24,000 bases of DNA from NCBI GenBank assembly GCA_946405135.1, contig CAMJGD010000007.1, positions 61,580 to 85,579 on the forward strand. The letters run 5' to 3'. A program made the position numbers and the translations under genes. Source of the DNA: an uncultured Clostridiaceae bacterium. GTDB lineage: Bacteria > Bacillota > Clostridia > Clostridiales > Clostridiaceae. Below the pieces are notes generated by a model. It was not told the origin of the DNA. It saw nothing but the letters and a program-made list of their open reading frames with translations, and searched no databases. Shown here one piece after another: positions 1 to 7,694 of this stretch. Every line of letters begins with the position of its first letter. The stretch's first letter is position 1.

Positions 1-153
1 ATAGCATAATGCGTTTTAAAAGAGAATAAAGTTGAAATCATATAGCATTTGGATATATAATCAAATAAATATTTCTATAAAAATGATGTAGACTGTAAAA
101 TGTAATGCACAGGATATCACTAATGATCATAAAGTGAAAGAAGGTAGTGTATT

Positions 154-1014
154 ATGAAAAATCATATATATTCAATATTTCCCAATGAAAGTTTTGTGGA
201 TTTGTCTTTATATCAGTATGGATGGCAAAAATGTGATTCGTTACATTCCTACGGCCCATATATTAGGAATCATTATCTATTTCATTATATTATTTCTGGA
301 AAGGGAACCTTATATTCGCATAACAGCTCAAATGAGGAAATAGAATATCATATAAGTTCAGGAGATGGATTTTTAATCTGTCCTGGACAAATAAATACCT
401 ATTTTGCAGATAAAGAAGATCCTTGGGAGTATGCCTGGGTTGAGTTTGATGGAATTAAAGCAAGAGAATTTTTAAGGGCAGGTGGACTCGGTATTAACTC
501 TCCAATCTATAAACCTTTAGATTCTAAGGCGGGAAATCAAGTTAAAGATGAAATTTTATATATTGTAGGTAATAAAGATGCTTCACCTCTGCATTTGATA
601 GGACATCTTTATTTGTTTTTAGATGCATTAATTCATTCTTCAGTGACCAAAGGTACTTTACGAGGAGGCAAACTAAAGGATTTTTACATAAGGGAAGCAA
701 TTGCATTTGTAGAGCAGCACTATCAGGAAAATATAACTGTTGAAGACATTGCAAATGCTTGTAATCTTGACCGAAGTTATTTTGGAAAGATTTTTAAAGA
801 AACCATGGGATTAAGTCCACAGAATTTCTTAATTCAGTTTCGTATGACTAAGGCTACTGATTTAATGAAGATAACTGATAAATCTATTAAGGAAGTAAGT
901 GAGCTGGTAGGATATGAAAATCAGCTTCATTTCTCACGAGCTTTTAAAAAGTTTTATGGTATAGCCCCTAGAGAATGGAGACAGAATGAATATTATGGTG
1001 CAAAGAAAGAATAA
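154..1014 (+). CDS. AraC family transcriptional regulator (cupin-type sensor domain + AraC HTH)
   Basis: 286-aa ORF. The C-terminal double HTH is typical of AraC/XylS (IANACNLDRSYFGKIFKE ... LVGYENQLHFSRAFKKFYGIAPREWR). The N-terminal region looks like a cupin ligand-binding domain. A GAAGG RBS lies upstream of ATG 154. Confidence 0.85.
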   Translation: MKNHIYSIFPNESFVDLSLYQYGWQKCDSLHSYGPYIRNHYLFHYIISGKGTLYSHNSSNEEIEYHISSGDGFLICPGQINTYFADKEDPWEYAWVEFDGIKAREFLRAGGLGINSPIYKPLDSKAGNQVKDEILYIVGNKDASPLHLIGHLYLFLDALIHSSVTKGTLRGGKLKDFYIREAIAFVEQHYQENITVEDIANACNLDRSYFGKIFKETMGLSPQNFLIQFRMTKATDLMKITDKSIKEVSELVGYENQLHFSRAFKKFYGIAPREWRQNEYYGAKKE

Positions 1015-1035
1015 GAAAGAAAGCAGGAACCTTTT

Positions 1036-2151
1036 ATGAGTAAGATTATGGGAAGTGAAATAAGAAAAGAAAATAAAAGAAAAGTAGCAAGATTTATTCT
1101 GCATAATAGAGAAACCTCAAATGCAGAAATATGTTCTGCCCTTGGACTAAGTATGCCAACAGTTCTGCAGAATGTGCAGGAGCTTATGGAGGAGGAAATT
1201 GTGACAGAGGCTGGACATTATCAGTCAACAGGAGGTCGAAAGGCAAAGCGGTTGGCTATTTCGGGTGATTTTCGCTATTCTATTGGAATTGATATTACTA
1301 AACATCATCTAAGTTTTGTACTTTTAAATCTTCAAGGAGATATTTTAAAAAAGCAGCGTTGTAAATCTATCTTTGAGAATAGTTTTGAATATTATGCAAT
1401 GATTAAAGAAACATTGCAGCAATTCATTATAAGCAGTGAAATTTGTGAAAAAAAGATATTAGGTGTAGGGATTTCACTTCCAGGAATTATTGAACCAGGA
1501 AAAGAGATTTTAATTCACTCTCATATTTTAGGATTACATAACATAAGCTTAAAAACACTTAGCAATTTTATTCCTTTTGAAGTTTGTTTTGAAAATGATG
1601 CCAATAGTGCAGCGATGGCAGAGATGAAATATAAAGAAGGCAATGCTATTTACCTTTCATTAAGCAATACCGTAGGAGGCTCTATATATTTTCATAATGA
1701 AATTTATCCAGGAGATTGCTATAAGAGTGCAGAATTTGGGCATATGATTCTTCAGCCTAAAGGTAAAAAGTGTTACTGTGGAAAAGAAGGCTGTGCGGAC
1801 GCTTACTGTGCTGCCAAAGTGTTGTCAGAACATACAGAGGATAATTTAGAAAAATTTTTTTCACGTCTAGAAGATGGAGATGAAGTAATCACAAATGTTT
1901 GGGATGGATATCTAGATTATTTGGCTGTTCTTATATCAAACTTAAGAATGGCTTTTGATTGCGATATTATACTTGGCGGATATGTAGGGGCACATATTGA
2001 AAGATATATGGTTCTGTTAAGCAGGAAGGTACTTAAGTATAATTTATTTGAGGATGATGTATCATATATAAAACCTTGTAAATATCATGATGAAGCAGCT
2101 GCCATGGGGATTGCCATGAAATTTATAGACAACTATTTCTATAATATCTAG
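1036..2151 (+). CDS. ROK family transcriptional regulator (NagC/XylR-like)
   Basis: 371 aa. N-terminal winged HTH (ICSALGLSMPTVLQNVQELMEE). ROK fold with the Zn-binding signature GHMILQPKGKKCYCGKEGCADAYC. An alternative start exists at ATG 1048. Confidence 0.85.
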   Translation: MSKIMGSEIRKENKRKVARFILHNRETSNAEICSALGLSMPTVLQNVQELMEEEIVTEAGHYQSTGGRKAKRLAISGDFRYSIGIDITKHHLSFVLLNLQGDILKKQRCKSIFENSFEYYAMIKETLQQFIISSEICEKKILGVGISLPGIIEPGKEILIHSHILGLHNISLKTLSNFIPFEVCFENDANSAAMAEMKYKEGNAIYLSLSNTVGGSIYFHNEIYPGDCYKSAEFGHMILQPKGKKCYCGKEGCADAYCAAKVLSEHTEDNLEKFFSRLEDGDEVITNVWDGYLDYLAVLISNLRMAFDCDIILGGYVGAHIERYMVLLSRKVLKYNLFEDDVSYIKPCKYHDEAAAMGIAMKFIDNYFYNI

Positions 2152-2153
2152 AT

Positions 2154-2175
2154 AAAAGGCGAAAGCCTTTTTTTT
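2154..2175 (+). terminator. Weak intrinsic terminator after the ROK gene
   Basis: AAAAGGC-GAAA-GCCTTTT hairpin with a GNRA loop, followed by a T-run, immediately after the stop at 2151. The stem is short, with only 3 G-C pairs. Confidence 0.45.
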
Positions 2176-2179
2176 AGTA

Positions 2180-2207
2180 TTGACATATAAATAAAAAAGA
2201 GTAATAA
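2180..2207 (+). promoter_or_regulatory. Candidate sigmaA promoter of the dehydrogenase-fructokinase operon
   Basis: Consensus -35 TTGACA (2180-2185), a 16-nt spacer, then the -10-like TAATAA (2202-2207). Confidence 0.45.
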
Positions 2208-2209
2208 TA

Positions 2210-2245
2210 AAAATACTTTAATAAAAAGTTTTATAAAAGTATTTT
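2210..2245. promoter_or_regulatory. 36-bp near-perfect palindrome, candidate operator
   Basis: AAAATACTTTAATAAAA-AG-TTTTATAAAAGTATTTT. The arms are 17 bp with one mismatch. It lies between the putative promoter and the RBS of the dehydrogenase gene. Confidence 0.5.
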
Positions 2246-2271
2246 ATAATGTATGGTAAAGGAGAATAGAT

Positions 2272-3300
2272 ATGTTACAGCAGATTATGACAGCGCCAGG
2301 GAAAATTGAATTTCGAGAGATACCAGTGCCAGAGATTAATTCAAATCAGGTATTAATTAAGATTAAGGAAATTGGTATATGTGGTTCTGATATTCATGTA
2401 TATCATGGAAAGCATCCTTTTACTTCCTATCCTGTAACTCAAGGGCATGAAGCTTCTGGTGAAATTGTAAAAGTAGGATCAGAGGTTACAAATTTTAAGG
2501 AAGGTCAAAAGGTAACTATTCAGCCTCAAGTGGTATGCGAAAAATGCTATCCATGCCGTCATGGAAAATATAATCTTTGTGAAGAGTTAAAGGTAATGGG
2601 TTTTCAGACAACAGGAGTTGCATCACACTATTTTGCAGTAGATGTAGAAAAGGTAACTGCTTTGCCTGAAGGTATGACTTTAGAAGAAGGAGCCATGATT
2701 GAACCTCTTGCAGTTGCAGTTCATGGAGTAAAGCAGGCAGGAGATGTACATGGATTAAACATTATTGTATTAGGTGCAGGACCAATTGGGAATTTGGTAG
2801 CTCAAACAGCTAAAGGTATGGGAGCAGCAGCAGTAATGATTACTGATGTAAGTGATCTTCGTTTACAAAAGGCAAGAGAATGTGGTATAGATTATTGCAT
2901 TAATACAAATGAAAAGGATTTAGGAGAAGCTATTATAGAAGCCTTTGGCCCTGATAAAGCAGATATTATCTATGATTGTGCCGGAAACAATATTACAATG
3001 GGACAGGCAATTAAGTATGCTAGAAAAGGAAGTACTATTATTTTGGTAGCTGTTTTTGCTGGTATGGCCACTATTGATCTAGCAGTCGCAAATGACCATG
3101 AATTAGATATTAAGAGTACTATGATGTATCGTAATGAGGATTACATTGATGGAATTAAGCTAGTAAATGAAAAAAAGGTACAGTTACTACCACTTCTTTC
3201 TAAAAAGTTTCCATTTAAAGAATATTTACAAGCATATCAATATATTGATAACAACAGGGAAGCTACAATGAAGGTAATGATTGAGGTTCAGGAGGACTAA
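2272..3300 (+). CDS. Zn-dependent medium-chain dehydrogenase, sorbitol/L-iditol 2-dehydrogenase-like
   Basis: 342 aa. MDR motifs are GICGSDIH, GHEASGEIV, the structural-Zn cluster CEKCYPCRHGKYNLC and the Rossmann motif VLGAGPIGN. AAAGGAG RBS. Confidence 0.85.
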   Translation: MLQQIMTAPGKIEFREIPVPEINSNQVLIKIKEIGICGSDIHVYHGKHPFTSYPVTQGHEASGEIVKVGSEVTNFKEGQKVTIQPQVVCEKCYPCRHGKYNLCEELKVMGFQTTGVASHYFAVDVEKVTALPEGMTLEEGAMIEPLAVAVHGVKQAGDVHGLNIIVLGAGPIGNLVAQTAKGMGAAAVMITDVSDLRLQKARECGIDYCINTNEKDLGEAIIEAFGPDKADIIYDCAGNNITMGQAIKYARKGSTIILVAVFAGMATIDLAVANDHELDIKSTMMYRNEDYIDGIKLVNEKKVQLLPLLSKKFPFKEYLQAYQYIDNNREATMKVMIEVQED

Positions 3301-3304
3301 AACT

Positions 3305-4264
3305 ATGAAATATGATGTAGTAGCTTTGGGAGAGCTTTTAATAGATTTTACTCCAAACGGAGTAAGTTCTCAAGGAAATACTGTATTTGAGGCAAATCCT
3401 GGCGGGGCACCTTGTAATGTACTATCTATGCTCTGTAAATTCGGAAAGAAAACCGCTTTTATAGGAAAGCTGGGCAATGATATGTTTGGACAAATGCTTA
3501 AAGATACCATAAGTGAGATAGGAATAGAAACAAAAGCAGTAACAATGTCAAAGGATGTTAATACAACACTTGCTTTTGTTAAAATTGATGAACAGGGAGA
3601 GAGAAGTTTTGCATTTTATCGTAACCCTGGAGCAGATATGAGATTAACAGAAGAAGAAGTAGATGAATCAATAATTCAGGATGCAAAAATTTTTCATTTT
3701 GGAACGCTGTCTATGACACATGAAGGCGTTAGAAAGGCTACTAAGAAAGCAATTGACATAGCAAAGAAAAATAAGAAGCTAATTTCCTTTGATCCCAATC
3801 TTCGTCCACCTCTTTGGAATAATTTAGATGAGGCGCGAGAACAGATAGAATATGGCTGTTCAGTATGTGATATTCTAAAAATTGAAGATCAGGAACTTAA
3901 GTTTTTGACAGGAAAAGAGACAATTGAAGAAGGGGTGGAAAATCTAAAGGAAGATTATAATATTTCTCTTATTATGGTTACTGCAGGCATTGATGGAAGC
4001 TATGCTTTTTATAAAGAAAATAAAGTATATAAGCCTGCTTTTGTAACAGAAAAGACAATCGATACAACAGGTGCAGGAGATACATTTTGTGGCTGTAGTC
4101 TAGCTTATATTTTAGAGCATGGTCTAGATGGGTTAGAAAGATGTGAGCTAGAGGAAATGCTGACTTTTGCTAATGCGGCAGCTTCTATTGTAACAACTAG
4201 AAAAGGGGCTATAAAATCTATGCCTGAAATAGAAGAAGTAAAAGCGTGGATTAAATGTTTTTAA
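3305..4264 (+). CDS. PfkB-family carbohydrate kinase (fructokinase-like)
   Basis: PfkB signatures GGAPCNV, DPNLRPPLW and DTTGAGDTFCG. I prefer ATG 3305 (MKYDVVALGELLIDF), which lies 9 nt after GGAGG (3291-3295), over the TTG at 3281 in the ORF track. Confidence 0.85.
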   Translation: MKYDVVALGELLIDFTPNGVSSQGNTVFEANPGGAPCNVLSMLCKFGKKTAFIGKLGNDMFGQMLKDTISEIGIETKAVTMSKDVNTTLAFVKIDEQGERSFAFYRNPGADMRLTEEEVDESIIQDAKIFHFGTLSMTHEGVRKATKKAIDIAKKNKKLISFDPNLRPPLWNNLDEAREQIEYGCSVCDILKIEDQELKFLTGKETIEEGVENLKEDYNISLIMVTAGIDGSYAFYKENKVYKPAFVTEKTIDTTGAGDTFCGCSLAYILEHGLDGLERCELEEMLTFANAAASIVTTRKGAIKSMPEIEEVKAWIKCF

Positions 4265-4453
4265 TATAGTAACCTGTTGCTATTGCGGCTTTTTCGTTAA
4301 TAGGTTTAGTTGAAAAATCATTTAGAATGGAATAAAAAACTAAAGTTAAAGTTTGAAAGTGAGAAATAGGATTATGAGAGAAATCTCTTAGTCCTATTTT
4401 CATTTTTAAGTCCAAAATATGATAAATTTTATCTATATTTGATAAAAAAGTCA

Positions 4454-4462
4454 TGGTATAAT
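4454..4462 (+). promoter_or_regulatory. Candidate extended -10 promoter (TGgTATAAT) for the 4565-7517 gene cluster
   Basis: TG-N-TATAAT at 4454-4462. I see no convincing hairpin terminator between it and 7551. Confidence 0.35.
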
Positions 4463-4564
4463 AAACTGCAGGAATATAGAAAAATATGTCGAATATTAGT
4501 ATGTGATTTTTAGTGATTGTAATTGTTAAAGAAATAATAAATTATTAAGGTAGGAGAGATTTTA

Positions 4565-5038
4565 ATGATTAAAAGTGGCATGTTAATAAGCTTAAAAGGA
4601 TCAAATGGTTTATCAATGGGACATGATGTAATGGAAGTTGTTATACCAATAGCACAAAAATACTTTGATACAAAATATAATGAATCTGTAGAAGGATTTT
4701 TTGCCGACTTTTTTGGGAATTTAAACCATAATATTTTAGTATCTATTAATTTGTTTAAAAAAGAACATAATTATTATGCTGAAAATAAGGAGGCTATTAA
4801 TCTTGCTCTAAAGGAATTATATAGACAGGATTGTGCCATATATGATGAAATCCAAAGTGGTTATTTTCCAGTAGAAGTTTATCCGCTTATATGGAGGATA
4901 GCATTGGAGGTATTTGAAAAAACAAAAAATGGTGATGAAATGATGTATTTATTTTACGATGCTACTGCAGTATATGTAAGGGAAAAAATGAACAGTTCAA
5001 ATAAAATAAAACCTCTTAACATTCAATTAGAAATATAA
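4565..5038 (+). CDS. Hypothetical protein, 157 aa, no recognisable domain
   Basis: An AGGAGAG RBS lies 6-8 nt upstream of ATG 4565. Codon usage is consistent with neighbours. It is predicted soluble, and I recognise no motif. Confidence 0.6.
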   Translation: MIKSGMLISLKGSNGLSMGHDVMEVVIPIAQKYFDTKYNESVEGFFADFFGNLNHNILVSINLFKKEHNYYAENKEAINLALKELYRQDCAIYDEIQSGYFPVEVYPLIWRIALEVFEKTKNGDEMMYLFYDATAVYVREKMNSSNKIKPLNIQLEI

Positions 5039-5198
5039 TTTAAATACATATTATCATAAATATAGATTTTAATGAAAGAAATTTATATAATTCAGCGAAG
5101 AAGTGATATTCTAAGTTGCCTATTTAAAATAAGCGATTAAAGAAACTTCAAAAGCAATGCTCAAGAGAATATAAAATAAATATAAAAGGAGTGTAAAC

Positions 5199-5618
5199 AT
5201 GGTTTTATTTAATACTGTTGAAGAAAAAGTATCTTATGTAAAGGCACTACTATATATAGCAAGCCTTGATGAAAAAGTTGATGATAGTGAGGTAGAGGCA
5301 TTAAATAGTATTTGCAGGCTATACAATATTCCTGAAGAATACTATGCCGATATATGGAATAGTGTTAATGGCAGCTCAGATATCAAAAAAATATTAGAAC
5401 CCATAGTAGAAAGAAATATAAAACTTATGCTTATAAATGATTTAATATCACTTTGCTTTGCTGATGGCAGATATACAGATGTAGAGAAAAAAGGTATAAG
5501 AAATATATCAAAATTGTTAAATATAGAGGAAAGCAAAGTGCTTGAATTTGAAGCTATAATGGAGGAAAATATTCTCCTTAGGAAAAAGCTTTTTAATGCT
5601 TTGGAATGGGAGGGATAA
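5199..5618 (+). CDS. TerB-like (tellurite-resistance TerB / DjlA-N fold) domain protein
   Basis: 139 aa. It has the two-fold helical repeat pattern typical of TerB (LLYIASLDEKVDDSEVEALNSICRLYNI ... LISLCFADGRYTDVEKKGIRNISKLLNI). AAAGGAG RBS. The stop at 5616-5618 is 2 nt before the next start. Confidence 0.7.
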   Translation: MVLFNTVEEKVSYVKALLYIASLDEKVDDSEVEALNSICRLYNIPEEYYADIWNSVNGSSDIKKILEPIVERNIKLMLINDLISLCFADGRYTDVEKKGIRNISKLLNIEESKVLEFEAIMEENILLRKKLFNALEWEG

Positions 5619-5620
5619 AG

Positions 5621-6127
5621 ATGAATTTTAAAAAAGTGGCTTTGATTGCAGGAGCAGGTGTGGCTTGTGTAGTAACAGGCGGAATGGCAGCACCAGCTAT
5701 AGGAGCAGCCATAGGTTCTACTTTCATGGGATTATCAGGTGCTGCAGCAACTTCAGCAGGATTAGCAGCATTAGGTGGAGGCTCTTTAGCAGCCGGAGGT
5801 GCTGGAATGGCTGGTGGCACAGCTGTGGTTTCAGCAATAGCAGGTGGTGTAGGTGCTGCCGGTGCTGCCACTGCAAGTTCTATAGTAGAAGGCAATAAAG
5901 CAAAAGAAGATTTAAAAAAAGCACAAGATGATTTACATGAAATACAAAAAAAAGATGCAGCAAAACAAAAGATAATTATGATTCTTGAAAAGAAACTTAA
6001 AGTGGCTGAGTTAAATTATGAAATACTGAGAGAAGATGCAGAGGCTACAAAAGAACAATTGGATGAAGCTCAAAGCCAGATAAAATATATTTTAAATGAA
6101 TTAGAGAAGGCAAAATTAAATGCTTGA
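5621..6127 (+). CDS. Gly/Ala-rich glycine-zipper membrane protein with C-terminal coiled coil
   Basis: I prefer ATG 5621 (MNFKKVALIAGAG...), 6 nt after GGGAGGG, over 5606. Residues about 6-89 are almost only G/A/S/V/I/L/T/M with repeated GxxxG/AxxxG spacing. Residues about 92-168 are a K/E/Q/L-rich heptad-like coiled coil. Confidence 0.7.
   Translation: MNFKKVALIAGAGVACVVTGGMAAPAIGAAIGSTFMGLSGAAATSAGLAALGGGSLAAGGAGMAGGTAVVSAIAGGVGAAGAATASSIVEGNKAKEDLKKAQDDLHEIQKKDAAKQKIIMILEKKLKVAELNYEILREDAEATKEQLDEAQSQIKYILNELEKAKLNA
5636..5887 (+). repeat. Low-complexity GCN/GGN codon tract (locally GC-rich)
   Basis: Degenerate repetition of GCA/GCT/GGT/GGA codons encodes the Gly/Ala region. It is visibly more GC-rich than the flanks and generates long shadow ORFs in other frames (5593-5895 on the - strand, 5665-5898 on the + strand). 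Confidence 0.6.
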
Positions 6128-7517
6128 TAAAGACGTAATAATTTTAAAAAATCAAAAAGATAGAATAGATTTGCTTGAAGGAAAAATGGAACAGGTTACC
6201 TATGCTATCTCTGAAAACAAAAATAAGGTAAATGAAATCAAAAGTGATATTGAAAAAATATATGAACTTACAGGAATAAAACCTTATTCCTGTAGTTCTA
6301 AGCCATCTAAACCTAGTTATGACAATAGAGAAATCTCTGTGGAAGATACAGATTATAATACTCTATATGAAGAATCTAAAATTGCTTTAAAAAATAATGA
6401 GATTGATATTTATAATTTAACTTACGAGGATTTGCTAGAACCAAATGTCATTAGAGAAATTGAAGAACAATTAAACAGACCTGTGGAAAGAAGAGAAAAA
6501 TGGAGCAATGATGATAAAGTCATTGTAATAGCAGCTGTAATAGTAGGATCAATAGCAGATATGGTTTTTAGCAATAGAACAAATAAATTAACTGGGTCAG
6601 GATATAAAGCAAAAATAACTGATGGTGGATGGGAGTTTCAGAAAAGTCAAGATTCTAATTTTTCAAGGTGGCTTAATAATTTTCATATACATGATAAAGG
6701 CTCACCTATAGATTTTCAAGGCAAGGATTTTGGAGGTGGACTTCATAGGCAGCTTTCGAAAGGCCATGATTTGTTTAGAGCCATTGAAACTATTATTAAT
6801 ATAAAAAATGGAAGATTTGAAGGAGTAGTATATAGGAATGGTGTTGCTACAAAAGTAGTAGAATATTCTAATCAGTATGGAACTCCATATAATACTATGT
6901 CAACCATTGAAGCTATAGGAAACTATTTAAAACATATGAAGGGTGATTTTTTTTCTACACATAGCTTACCTATTCCAGGATATTCATTTTTTAGAGAAGC
7001 TTCAAACAGAGATTTAAGAATTTTTTCTGCAAATATGTATAAAGCAGGATTTAATCTAAAGAATGTGGCTATTCAGGGAATATCAACATTATCAATAGAA
7101 TTGATATTAAGAATTTACATGGCAGTTAAGGAAACAGAAAGGATAAAGCAGGAAGGTAAGTCTTTTAATATATTAGAGGACTATTCTAATATAGATAATA
7201 TTAAATCTGTAATTAATTCAGCAGCAAATCCAAAGTATAGAGAAATGTTTCTTTTAGCACATTCATTGGTTACTGCAGTTAACATAGGAAAAGTTATAAT
7301 AAAAAAGGCACCTTGGGAAATAAATATAACGGAAATTATAATGACAGTAAGGTACTTCATACCATTTATAAAAGACTATTTATATAGAAATTCTACACAG
7401 GCAATATTGGATAGAAATACTGCAGAAATTATTACAGAATGGGAAGATATGCTTATGAGGTTTGAGGATTATGACAAAGGTATACCTATGCCTAATAAAG
7501 TATTAATAATTGAATAG
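6120..7517 (+). CDS. Hypothetical 465-aa protein (N-terminal coiled coil, Ser/Pro linker, hydrophobic segment, conserved-looking His/Asp motif region, helical C-terminus)
   Basis: The start ATG 6120 overlaps the upstream stop (ATGCTTGA). GAGAAGG RBS. Hydrophobic segment VIVIAAVIVGSIADMVF (nt 6519-6569). Polar motif HIHDKGSPIDFQGKDFGGGLHRQLSKGHD (nt 6684-6770). I see no P-loop or other familiar catalytic signature. Confidence 0.75.
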   Translation: MLDKDVIILKNQKDRIDLLEGKMEQVTYAISENKNKVNEIKSDIEKIYELTGIKPYSCSSKPSKPSYDNREISVEDTDYNTLYEESKIALKNNEIDIYNLTYEDLLEPNVIREIEEQLNRPVERREKWSNDDKVIVIAAVIVGSIADMVFSNRTNKLTGSGYKAKITDGGWEFQKSQDSNFSRWLNNFHIHDKGSPIDFQGKDFGGGLHRQLSKGHDLFRAIETIINIKNGRFEGVVYRNGVATKVVEYSNQYGTPYNTMSTIEAIGNYLKHMKGDFFSTHSLPIPGYSFFREASNRDLRIFSANMYKAGFNLKNVAIQGISTLSIELILRIYMAVKETERIKQEGKSFNILEDYSNIDNIKSVINSAANPKYREMFLLAHSLVTAVNIGKVIIKKAPWEINITEIIMTVRYFIPFIKDYLYRNSTQAILDRNTAEIITEWEDMLMRFEDYDKGIPMPNKVLIIE

Positions 7518-7550
7518 TGTTAAAAAAGAAAATTTAATTAGAAGTATAAA

Positions 7551-7595
7551 GTGGATAATATATGAGAGTACAGTATTATCCACTATTTATTTTTG
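7551..7595 (+). terminator. Intrinsic terminator closing the 4565/5199-7517 operon
   Basis: Perfect 10-bp stem GTGGATAATA / TATTATCCAC (7551-7560, 7574-7583), followed by the T-rich tail TATTTATTTTT. Confidence 0.7.
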
Positions 7596-7694
7596 TAAAC
7601 TTATAACAGTTTGTTTATATAAAGCTTGGGTACTTAATAATATGATAAAATAAACATTAGAATATTTTAACATTCACTAAAGGAGACGATAAAT

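Noticed and set aside
4251-4454. A 67-aa - strand ORF in the intergenic region after the fructokinase gene.
   Set aside because: It has no Shine-Dalgarno upstream of its ATG, overlaps the fructokinase 3' end, and has no recognisable motif. The region is better explained as the promoter and leader of the 4565 gene.
5593-5898. A 100-aa - strand ORF (5593-5895) and a 77-aa + strand ORF (5665-5898) overlapping the Gly/Ala-rich gene.
   Set aside because: They are shadow ORFs created by the stop-poor GCN/GGN codon tract. Their translations are low-complexity (Pro/Ala-rich, or Arg/Cys/Ser-rich), and they lack an RBS. The 5621-6127 frame has a strong RBS and tight coupling to both neighbours.
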